DNA of 59,518 nt, taken from positions 1 to 59,518 of the IMG/VR virus record IMGVR_UViG_3300048672_000363; one strand, written 5' to 3'. This document shows, piece by piece, positions 1-7,021 of the stretch. The notes beneath the pieces were generated by a model. It had not been told where the DNA came from, did not search any database, and saw nothing but the letters and a program-made list of their open reading frames with translations. Origin of the DNA: a virus. Lineage: Duplodnaviria > Caudoviricetes. Numbering within the stretch: the first letter of the stretch is position 1; every line of letters begins with the position of its first letter. A program made the translations under genes and the position numbers.

Positions 1-1179
1 AGCGTCAGCTTTGCCAATCGCAAGGGCGGTATTGACCGCGTCCTGCATTGATGCGTAATTGCGCTTACCTTTGATTGCCGAGCCGAAGTCTGGGCGTGGC
101 GTTGGGATTTTGATAGGCTTGGTTTCAGATTCAAGTGCGGAGATGTGGTCATTCCACTCGACCGCTGCGGCATTGATCATGGCTTCTTTTTTGGCTAAGT
201 CGTTGGCTTTGCAGTCTTTTTCAATTTGCAATGCGTGTTTATTAGCCAATTCGGCGATGTAATCCAGCTTTTTCGCCATTTCGCCAAGCGACATCACCGC
301 GCCATCGTCAGATGGTTGGTTAATCATTTGCTCTTTTGCCGCAATCGCATCTTTGGCAAACTTGCGCATCGACTTCGCGTAAACGGACGCATCGGCAAAA
401 TCCGCATCAGTTACATAAAGCACCTTGCTTGCGCTCTCAATTTGCCGTTTGAGTGCCATTTCCGCTCGGTCAATGTCAGTTCGGATAATTCCGCCAGTCT
501 TTGCAGAAATGAAAATCGCAGGCAAGTCTTCGATTGGAGTGCCTTCTGGCTTTTCCGCAATCACTTCCAGCTCGCCCGACTTCATTTTGCGCTGGTATTC
601 CGCAACGTCTTTTTCAAACTGCGCCCAGCCGTTGATGATGCGATTAAACCAGTCAGCGTCAGGATAGACCTTCATCGAAGCCATATTTTCTTCCGTGCCG
701 TCAGAGACAGTGAAGATGCAGTATTCAGCACCGCTGATCAACAATCCTTGTTGCACTTGCGGGTAGTGATTTTCAGGCAAGATGCCATTTTGCACGGACT
801 GAAAAAGAGATTTGTTGAATTGTTTATGCTCCCATGCAAAGCGTTCATCGTCAGTAATTCCATCAAACGATGCGGACAATAACTTTTCAAATTCTGGTCT
901 AACATCTCGCCCAACGATAGGATAAAGTGCTTCACCGCCAAACTCGCGCACCTCAACAATAGGGCGCGCCATTGCTTCGGCTTCGTGCCCTTTCTCAAAA
1001 ATGCGCATGGTAGAATTACTGAATTCTGGCTGAATGCCTGTTGCATAACGCTTAATCAGATCATCGCGCTTGGTGTATGGGCTAATCCCAAGCATCGCCG
1101 CCGCTTCGGATGCGTTGTAGCAATTTGCGCGGTGCGCGTGCCATTCATTACTTCCCTGTGTCAAAAATACCTTTTTCAT
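1..1179 (-). CDS. YqaJ/lambda-exonuclease family recombination nuclease, N-terminal part (runs off the window start)
   Basis: Absent from the ORF track because it has no stop in the window. ATG at 1179 reads MKKVFLTQGSNEWHAHRANCYNASEAAAMLGISPY, the YqaJ QGSxEW..R..ASE motif. It lies next to a RecT-like gene. Confidence 0.88.
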   Translation of the reverse strand, partial: MKKVFLTQGSNEWHAHRANCYNASEAAAMLGISPYTKRDDLIKRYATGIQPEFSNSTMRIFEKGHEAEAMARPIVEVREFGGEALYPIVGRDVRPEFEKLLSASFDGITDDERFAWEHKQFNKSLFQSVQNGILPENHYPQVQQGLLISGAEYCIFTVSDGTEENMASMKVYPDADWFNRIINGWAQFEKDVAEYQRKMKSGELEVIAEKPEGTPIEDLPAIFISAKTGGIIRTDIDRAEMALKRQIESASKVLYVTDADFADASVYAKSMRKFAKDAIAAKEQMINQPSDDGAVMSLGEMAKKLDYIAELANKHALQIEKDCKANDLAKKEAMINAAAVEWNDHISALESETKPIKIPTPRPDFGSAIKGKRNYASMQDAVNTALAIGKADA

Positions 1180-1985
1180 TTCACTTCTCCCCATGCTTTT
1201 ATTTCGTCGATTTGCGCAGCCGTCAAAACGTAGCGCAGGCTTTGTTTTTGGATGATTTCTTGAGGTGTAGCTTCTTCGTTTTCAACCATAACCTTCCATT
1301 TAGGCGCGTTTCGGTCAAAAAACTCTTGCGGCATTTCTGTAAGTGAAAATTTCTTTTCTGGAGTCACATCGCGCACATTGTGTGTGGCTGCCTTTGCTTG
1401 TGTCACAACTCCATCCTCGTCAACGTCGTAAACGTCGTGCATTTCTTCTGCCGTGGACAAGCCCATGCCAAGCTCAGGAGCGTATGCGCGCTGCCAAAAT
1501 GCCGCTGCGCGATAAGTGAACATGATGTCAGGCATCGTTTTCCACTTTGACCCATTTTTATTATGCCAACCTTCAGCACGAACCATATCCCATGTCACCC
1601 AAACACCATCAAGACGTTCGCCTGTGTCACGCTCAATCGCCCATGCGCGGCAACCATACTCGCCACTCACTTTGTCACATTTTGCCCATTCGTAGCGTAA
1701 AGAAGAATAACGACCACATGAATTTACTGTTGCAATCAAAAACTTGCTTGACCACCCTGGGTTGCCATGCACGATGTACAAATTCTGCATGACCATGAGA
1801 GGTGATGCGCCGATGCGCTGCGCCATATCAATTGCAATCATGCAATCCGCAACCTTGCCTTGATACTGCTTAGGCACTAAATCTGTCGATGAAAATGCCT
1901 TGGCTACGCGCTGAATCAGCTCGAACGATTGTGCGTCAAAGAATCCAGCAACGGCATTGCTTGGCACTGTAATTTCTGTACTCAT
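1176..1985 (-). CDS. RecT-like ssDNA annealing protein
   Basis: LVPKQYQG..DCMIAIDMAQRIG..PLMVMQNLYIVHGNPGWSS and SKWKTMPDIM..YRAAAF motifs; AGGAG RBS before ATG at 1985; paired with YqaJ. Confidence 0.8.
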   Translation of the reverse strand: MSTEITVPSNAVAGFFDAQSFELIQRVAKAFSSTDLVPKQYQGKVADCMIAIDMAQRIGASPLMVMQNLYIVHGNPGWSSKFLIATVNSCGRYSSLRYEWAKCDKVSGEYGCRAWAIERDTGERLDGVWVTWDMVRAEGWHNKNGSKWKTMPDIMFTYRAAAFWQRAYAPELGMGLSTAEEMHDVYDVDEDGVVTQAKAATHNVRDVTPEKKFSLTEMPQEFFDRNAPKWKVMVENEEATPQEIIQKQSLRYVLTAAQIDEIKAWGEVK

Positions 1986-2045
1986 TTTTTCTCCTTTATT
2001 GCGCCACAGCCTCAATATGGGCGGTGCAACGCCTTCCTATTTAAA

Positions 2046-2285
2046 TTAAGCAAGCAATTCGGCAAGCAATTGGTCATCGCTTAGATTGCAAACCGATTTT
2101 TTTGCCTTTCGTACCACATAACCAGCCTTGCGAAGCTGCAACAACACATTGTTAAGGTGTATTGTCAAAACCCTCGCATTCCCGCCGCCTTGTTCAGCAA
2201 TAACTCGCCAAGCGTCTTCACCATCCTTGGTCTCCGGCAGAAAGTTGGTGAAGATGCCGTCGGTGCGGTAGGTTAGGTCTGGCAT
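2046..2285 (-). CDS. hypothetical early protein
   Basis: 79-aa ORF with GAGG RBS, first gene after the leftward promoter. Confidence 0.7.
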   Translation of the reverse strand: MPDLTYRTDGIFTNFLPETKDGEDAWRVIAEQGGGNARVLTIHLNNVLLQLRKAGYVVRKAKKSVCNLSDDQLLAELLA

Positions 2286-2324
2286 CTTGCTTTCCTCTTT
2301 CAGTGTTTGGTTGGTATGTTGCGC

Positions 2325-2352
2325 ATTATATACAAGTGAAAATAAAAGTAAA
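2325..2352 (-). promoter_or_regulatory. sigma70-like leftward promoter
   Basis: TTTACT-N16-TATAAT on the - strand in an AT-rich divergent intergenic region. Confidence 0.55.
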
Positions 2353-2372
2353 CATATTTATGTTTTATTTTA

Positions 2373-2397
2373 ATCAAACCTAGCCATCAAACCTAGC
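2373..2397. repeat. 12-bp direct repeat ATCAAACCTAGC x2, candidate operator
   Basis: Copies at 2373-2384 and 2386-2397, abutting the -35 of the rightward promoter. Confidence 0.6.
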
Positions 2398-2427
2398 TAG
2401 ACAAATTAAAACGAGGCGAGTTATAAT
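2398..2427 (+). promoter_or_regulatory. sigma70-like rightward promoter
   Basis: TAGACA-N18-TATAAT upstream of the GAGG RBS and ATG 2457. Confidence 0.55.
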
Positions 2428-2456
2428 GCACCAACTTAACCAACAAGAGGTGAAAA

Positions 2457-2939
2457 ATGGCAACACAACCACAAAAGAACTTCGCTGAGTTGCAGCGATT
2501 GCACGACTACTTTATGGGATTAAACGACCACCAAAAGGCTGACTTCGCAAAAGCAGTTGGAGCAAATTCTGCTGTAGGATTTGCGAGCAGCATCAAAAAG
2601 ATGCAGATGAGCTTTGACCGCGCTCGATTGATTGAATTACACACAAACGGGCTGTTTAGCCGTGTTGGGTTTTATGGCGATTATGCCTACGAAATGTGGG
2701 CGGACATTCCAAAGCCGTGCGCCAAGTTCCCGCCACCAAAGGACGGAACGCGAATTGATTTATTCTTCCGCGATGTTGGGCGAGTGACTAATTGCTATTG
2801 GTTTGAAGACCTATGGGAAGAGGGAGAGTGGCGCGAAGACATTAAGTGCTGGAAGAGTGATTCCAATGAGTCTTGGCAGAGCGAAGAAGAGCCTACGCAC
2901 TGGTTGCCAATTCCAACACCACCAAAGGACGCACCATGA
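2457..2939 (+). CDS. Cro-like HTH N-terminus fused to a DUF551-like C-terminal domain
   Basis: The N-terminus (DYFMGLNDHQKADFAKAVG..ARLIELHTNG) resembles Cro/YdaS. The C-terminus (PPKDGTRIDL..PTHWLPIPTPP) is DUF551-like. It is the first gene of the rightward arm. Confidence 0.55.
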   Translation: MATQPQKNFAELQRLHDYFMGLNDHQKADFAKAVGANSAVGFASSIKKMQMSFDRARLIELHTNGLFSRVGFYGDYAYEMWADIPKPCAKFPPPKDGTRIDLFFRDVGRVTNCYWFEDLWEEGEWREDIKCWKSDSNESWQSEEEPTHWLPIPTPPKDAP

Positions 2940-2991
2940 AAGGGCTAGGTATGGAGTTGTTTTGGTCGCTGTAATAGATTAAAATGCACCC

Positions 2992-3092
2992 GTGGCATTC
3001 TCCACAACGACCAGCGTTGTTGATGGCTTCAGGGTGTCACAATTTGATGTACCTCCCAAGCTTGCAGAACATCGCAGCTCAAACGGGGAGGT
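2992..3092 (+). ncRNA. two tandem structured RNA hairpin domains of unknown function
   Basis: GTGGCATTCT/AGGGTGTCAC stem with G-U pairs encloses ACAACG/CGTTGT. ACCTCCC/GGGAGGT stem encloses a further stem. The region is non-coding and follows a TAAAAT -10-like box. Confidence 0.4.
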
Positions 3093-3100
3093 CTCTATTC

Positions 3101-3126
3101 TAATTCTGTCGAATTCGACGGAATTA
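3101..3126. repeat. near-perfect 26-bp palindrome centred on GAATTC
   Basis: TAATTCTGTCGAATTCGACGGAATTA, one mismatched pair. Confidence 0.85.
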
Positions 3127-3135
3127 AAACGTATC

Positions 3136-3209
3136 GCGGGTATAGCCTAATGGTAAGGCATCTGTTTTCCAAACAGAGTATGGGGGTTCGATTCCGTTTA
3201 CCCGCTCCA
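3136..3209 (+). tRNA. tRNA-Gly(TCC) with a weak T-stem
   Basis: Acceptor GCGGGTA/TACCCGC, T discriminator plus CCA, anticodon arm TCTGT-TTTCCAA-ACAGA. The T-stem GGGGG/CCGTT has two G-U pairs and a G-G mismatch. Confidence 0.8.
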
Positions 3210-3214
3210 AATTC

Positions 3215-3238
3215 AATTAGGTGGAATTCCACCCAATT
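3215..3238. repeat. near-perfect 24-bp palindrome centred on GAATTC
   Basis: AATTAGGTGGAATTCCACCCAATT, one mismatched pair. Confidence 0.85.
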
Positions 3239-3247
3239 AAACCAAAT

Positions 3248-3340
3248 AAGCAGGTGGGCGAGTGTTGAAGCCAATGGACTAAATGCAACAAGATGCCCAT
3301 ACACGGAAGGTCATCGCGGGTTTAAATCCCGCCCTGCTTA
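3248..3340 (+). ncRNA. tRNA-like element (class II-type D-arm) with an expanded, non-canonical anticodon loop
   Basis: Acceptor AAGCAGG/CCTGCTT, T-arm GCGGG-TTTAAAT-CCCGC, D-arm GGCGAGTGTTGAAGCC. The anticodon stem ATGG/CCAT encloses ~19 nt. No encoded CCA. Confidence 0.6.
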
Positions 3341-3422
3341 CTCTAAAACGTAGTAAAATGCAGCACAAATCAGCTATCAGCCCTTGGCGGGGACGCTGTA
3401 AAAAGGTGGTCATCCGTTTTTG

Positions 3423-3519
3423 CCTTGTTTAATCTTGGCTTTACACCTGACCGAATTCGGGGCGCAAAGCTCCAACCACCTGCGGTACGCCACGGGTGTA
3501 GAGTCAAGACTAAACGAGG
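3423..3519 (+). promoter_or_regulatory. 27-bp RNA hairpin occluding the RBS of the replication initiator
   Basis: 3423-3449 pairs with 3493-3519 with four G-U pairs and one mismatch. The 3' arm ends in the GAGG SD of ATG 3527. Confidence 0.65.
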
Positions 3520-3526
3520 TATAAAA

Positions 3527-4366
3527 ATGCTATTTTGGAAGCGCGACATTGAAAAATACCATAAGAAGTACGGACGACTTTCAATGCTTGAACACGGTGC
3601 TTGCATCCTTCTAATGGACGCGTGCTACGACCGAGAAAAATTCCCAACCGAAGAAGAGGCTTACGACTGGACTTTGACGCGCAGCGAGTCAGAGCGCGAA
3701 GCGATCAAGTACGTCCTGAAAGTATGCTTTCGACTGCAAGACGGCGTTTATGTCAATGACGAAATCATTGACGCTTTCAATGTTTACAAAAGTAATTGCA
3801 GCAAAAATACTGAAGTTGCCAAATTGCGGGAGGAGAAAAAAAGGGCGGCGAGGGGAGGTTATTCGCAAACACAAACAACTCACCAACCAGCACCAGACAA
3901 CCACGAGACAGCACGCGGCGTGAACGATTCGTGGCAAAGCGTACACCAACCAGCACCAGACAACCACGAAACAGCACGTAACCAAGTAACCAATAAACCA
4001 ATAAACCAAGTAACCAATAATAAAACAAAAACACCGCGCCAAGGCGCAGCGCAAGCGTTGCTTGCTGAATACGGTGTTAATGATCAGCAAATTATTGACG
4101 ATTGGCTAAAGCTGCGAAAATCAAAGAATCTGCCTGTCACAAAGACCGCACTTGATGGGATTGCGAAACAGGCTGAGTCCGCTGGCATGAGCCTAGAAAA
4201 TGCCATCCGCATATGCTGTGAGAATGGGTGGGGAGGGTTTAAAGCGGAATGGATTGGGAAAACCGAACTGCAAAAAAACAATAATCAAGGGTGCAATTTA
4301 AGCCAAATCGGACAACGCACCCACGACGCAGCGATGGAGTTTTTGAACGAGGGGGGTGCGCTGTGA
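3527..4366 (+). CDS. DUF1376/YdaU-like replication initiator (lambda O analogue)
   Basis: N-terminal LSMLEHGACILLMDACY, a low-complexity linker carrying DNA repeats, and C-terminal DDWLKLRK..ENGWGGFKAEW. GAGG RBS before ATG 3527. Confidence 0.75.
   Translation: MLFWKRDIEKYHKKYGRLSMLEHGACILLMDACYDREKFPTEEEAYDWTLTRSESEREAIKYVLKVCFRLQDGVYVNDEIIDAFNVYKSNCSKNTEVAKLREEKKRAARGGYSQTQTTHQPAPDNHETARGVNDSWQSVHQPAPDNHETARNQVTNKPINQVTNNKTKTPRQGAAQALLAEYGVNDQQIIDDWLKLRKSKNLPVTKTALDGIAKQAESAGMSLENAIRICCENGWGGFKAEWIGKTELQKNNNQGCNLSQIGQRTHDAAMEFLNEGGAL
3881..4020. repeat. ori-like repeats inside the initiator gene
   Basis: 35-bp direct repeat (3881-3915 and 3944-3978, one mismatch) followed by five A-rich 8-mers (T/A)AACCAA(G/T). 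Confidence 0.65.
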
Positions 4367-5007
4367 TTGATTCGGACAAACATAAATTCGCCGCTGCCAT
4401 GACTGGATTATCCGAATACTATCAAAAGCCAATGTCAAAGTTTGTAATGCGGATTTACTGGGAAGGATTGCGAGAATTCGACTTTGAAGCTATAGAGCGC
4501 GCAATCATGGCGCACATAAATTCATCGGATGAATCTGGAAAGTGGATGCCGAAGGTTGCAGACCTAAAATTATACCTTGTTGGGAATAGCATAGACGCTG
4601 CCAGTGCGGCGTGGGCTAAGGTGTATAGCGCGCTCAGACTTCGCGGCACTGGGGATTCGGTGGTATTTGATGATCCAATTATTCACCGCGTAATTTCAGA
4701 CTTGGGAGGGTGGCAGATGCTTGGGACAAAAACCGAAGAAGAAATAAAATGGATTGGCAAGGTTTTTGAAACCCAATACAAAGGCTGGAGAATGCGCGGG
4801 GAGACCCCCGATTACCCACGCAAGCTGATCGGAAGTTATGAGGCTTACAACAGCGTGAAAGGGTTCGCCGTCGCTGACCCATACTTGATTGGTGACGTTG
4901 AAAAATCGCGTGCCGTGCTTATTGGCGGCAGTGATACTTGCTCGGTTGGGATGGTTAGATTGAGCATTGCCGACAAATCTCAAACACTTGCAATTGGTAT
5001 TAAATGA
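4363..5007 (+). CDS. DUF6475-like replication-associated protein (helicase-loader position)
   Basis: GTG start overlaps the initiator stop; IYWEGL..WMPKVADL and SVVFDDPIIHRVISDLGGW motifs. Confidence 0.7.
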   Translation: MIDSDKHKFAAAMTGLSEYYQKPMSKFVMRIYWEGLREFDFEAIERAIMAHINSSDESGKWMPKVADLKLYLVGNSIDAASAAWAKVYSALRLRGTGDSVVFDDPIIHRVISDLGGWQMLGTKTEEEIKWIGKVFETQYKGWRMRGETPDYPRKLIGSYEAYNSVKGFAVADPYLIGDVEKSRAVLIGGSDTCSVGMVRLSIADKSQTLAIGIK

Positions 5008-5165
5008 AAAAGACACTAAACGAAATCCGCCTAGATAACGCCCTAAACGAGCTAGACCTAGCCAAATCAAGCCAAAAGGACTACGACGAACTGATTTGCA
5101 AGCTAGAGGCTAGAATCAAAGCACTGCGACAATTGATTAAACAAGAAAAGGAGACAACACCATGA
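5004..5165 (+). CDS. small coiled-coil hypothetical protein (53 aa)
   Basis: Manually read MKKTLNEIRLDNALNELDLAKS..; overlaps both neighbouring genes. Confidence 0.55.
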   Translation: MKKTLNEIRLDNALNELDLAKSSQKDYDELICKLEARIKALRQLIKQEKETTP

Positions 5166-5635
5166 CAACAACAATTGACGAGACAATCAAATATAGAGGG
5201 CGAGATGTAAAGATAAAAAACAGCGACGCGATAAAAAAATCAATAATTGACGATCTTGACAGGATATACGCCGAGGGGCAAAGACTGGGTTTGAGTTTTG
5301 CTATAACGTACAGTAAGGCAAAACTATGCGCTCCTGTACGGAGCGGCAGGGAGTGGAGCTTTTATGGGGTCGGATCAAGCCACAATGGTGTTTTGAACCC
5401 TTGCACGGCGGGTAGTAGGTATGACCCACTTAGGCTTGGCTTGCAGATGGGAAAGGTCTTGAAAAGATACCGTGGGGCTAGACGTAGATTTGCGGATATA
5501 GTTTATTGGGAGTGGGAAAAATCTAAGCCAGAAATCGACACATCATTTTGGGGGCAAAAATCACAAAAAGAAATTGATACGGAGAATATCGACAAAATTA
5601 TTAAAGATTTTTATGCCACGGCGGTAAAAAAATGA
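5162..5635 (+). CDS. hypothetical protein
   Basis: 157-aa ORF with AGGAG RBS, operonic. Confidence 0.7.
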   Translation: MTTTIDETIKYRGRDVKIKNSDAIKKSIIDDLDRIYAEGQRLGLSFAITYSKAKLCAPVRSGREWSFYGVGSSHNGVLNPCTAGSRYDPLRLGLQMGKVLKRYRGARRRFADIVYWEWEKSKPEIDTSFWGQKSQKEIDTENIDKIIKDFYATAVKK

Positions 5636-5919
5636 CACAACCAAAAGCGGGCGCAAAAGCGGGCGTGTGGCACAAATACTTGCTAATCGGCGAATTCGCA
5701 TCTGAAGTAATTCGTGACGGTCGTGAGATTCTGCGCGCCGACCTGACCGTTCAAATTGAAGGCGAGACAGTTCGCATCGCCGACTGTTGGACTGATTGTA
5801 TGAGCGAATCATATTTAGACGAAGGAATCCTTCGCTGGAAATACTCGCACGGAGGGGTGACGCTGACAGTGCCGTTTAAAATTCTCGCGTTTATGATCCC
5901 GTTGGAGTATCAGCCGTGA
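5632..5919 (+). CDS. hypothetical protein
   Basis: 95-aa ORF, ATGA overlap with the upstream gene. Confidence 0.65.
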   Translation: MTQPKAGAKAGVWHKYLLIGEFASEVIRDGREILRADLTVQIEGETVRIADCWTDCMSESYLDEGILRWKYSHGGVTLTVPFKILAFMIPLEYQP

Positions 5920-6269
5920 CCGAAGTCAACGGGGGGACAAATAACCCCCCACTTGCCCTCAAAGCGGCGAATAACGACATAGCGCGCTGTGAGGGCGTTG
6001 GATATGAAGAAGACGGTGTAATCTCATGGCGCGAAGGTTGCGAAGACTGTGTGCGGAGAACCATGCAACCGTCAGACCCATAGGTGAGGCAATTGAACTC
6101 ATCAAGGAAAACGCGGACTTTGTGCGCGAAAGTGCTTGCGCCAAGCGCGGGATTTGATAGAATACAATTTCTGAAGTTGTGTTGTATCTGGTGGTTATGC
6201 CGCCAAAACCTAACCTGATCGGGTAAGCGTCAGGATTAACATTTAAAATCATTATCCGTGGTTTTCAAT

Positions 6270-6342
6270 GTTAGTGTAGTTCAGTCGGTAGAACGGTGGT
6301 CGCCCATGCTACGCGTCGCAGGTTCAAATCCTGCCACTAACG
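6270..6342 (+). tRNA. atypical or pseudo tRNA (nominal anticodon CCC, G instead of U33, no CCA)
   Basis: Acceptor GTTAGTG/CACTAAC, D-arm GTTC/GAAC and T-arm GCAGG-TTCAAAT-CCTGC are intact. The anticodon arm GTGGT-CGCCCAT-GCTAC is non-canonical. Confidence 0.65.
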
Positions 6343-6348
6343 ACAATT

Positions 6349-6438
6349 TGAAAGGTGGGCGAGTGGTTTATGCCAGCGGTCTTGAAAACCGTCACCCCTT
6401 CGCAGGGGTCGTGGGTTCAAATCCCACCCTTTCAGCCA
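6349..6438 (+). tRNA. tRNA-Ser(TGA)
   Basis: Acceptor TGAAAGG/CCTTTCA, anticodon arm GCGGT-CTTGAAA-ACCGT, long variable arm, T-arm GTGGG-TTCAAAT-CCCAC, G discriminator plus CCA. Confidence 0.92.
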
Positions 6439-6547
6439 AGAGTTTGAAGATGCGAGAGCATGTTTAACTCCCCAGCGGTGCAGCCGAGCATCGCAGAATG
6501 GCACGATGCGCCACGGCGTAAGAAGTGAATAATCGTGCAATCGGAAC

Positions 6548-6593
6548 AGAAAGACGCACAATCGAAAGAAAGTGCGTTTTTTTGCGTCTTTCT
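6548..6593. terminator. inverted repeat / possible terminator between the RNA cluster and the next promoter
   Basis: 11-bp arms AGAAAGACGCA..TGCGTCTTTCT. Confidence 0.4.
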
Positions 6594-6605
6594 ATCAAAA
6601 AACGC

Positions 6606-6633
6606 TTGACGGTCAATTGTTTTCTGGTAGAAT
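6606..6633 (+). promoter_or_regulatory. sigma70-like promoter with extended -10
   Basis: TTGACG-N16-TAGAAT with TG immediately upstream of the -10 (TGn). Confidence 0.65.
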
Positions 6634-6681
6634 TCAAATCGTCAGGCAAGCAACCGCAAGCCGCAAATCGGGAGAGATAGC

Positions 6682-6969
6682 ATGAAAGTAAATTTTGATG
6701 GGGTAGGTCACCTAGGATGGGTTCTTGTTGCAAAGAACAATAGAAAAGTCCGCGATGGTAGCGGATGGGGGCGCGCAGGCGTAAAGACCCTAAAAAAAGG
6801 GGATGTGCATTTTTGCACATGGCAAGGGTCGGCAGAATCTGAAAAGACCTCCAAAGGAAGGCTGAAAGAAGTCGTGACCAGAGGCGGTCAGACCGATTGG
6901 AGTAAGAATTGGGAAATTAAGCAATGCTGGTTGTCGTCATCAATCGGGCAAGATGCCCGCGAGGTTTAG
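6682..6969 (+). CDS. hypothetical protein
   Basis: 95-aa ORF with GGAG RBS just downstream of the promoter. Confidence 0.6.
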   Translation: MKVNFDGVGHLGWVLVAKNNRKVRDGSGWGRAGVKTLKKGDVHFCTWQGSAESEKTSKGRLKEVVTRGGQTDWSKNWEIKQCWLSSSIGQDAREV

Positions 6970-7021
6970 TAATTCGCAACCACTGTCAAACCCCCTGCTT
7001 GATCAATTAAGGAGCGATTGC

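Noticed and set aside
59-1346. + strand ORFs such as 226-882
   Set aside because: Antisense shadows of the YqaJ and RecT-like genes.
3095-3353. Short ORFs 3095-3304 and 3150-3353 (likewise 6258-6467 and 6337-6561)
   Set aside because: They overlap tRNA or tRNA-like structures and are translations of RNA genes.
3425-3526. Upstream TTG start extending the replication initiator
   Set aside because: The extension covers the RNA hairpin; ATG 3527 has the SD and matches the DUF1376 N-terminus.
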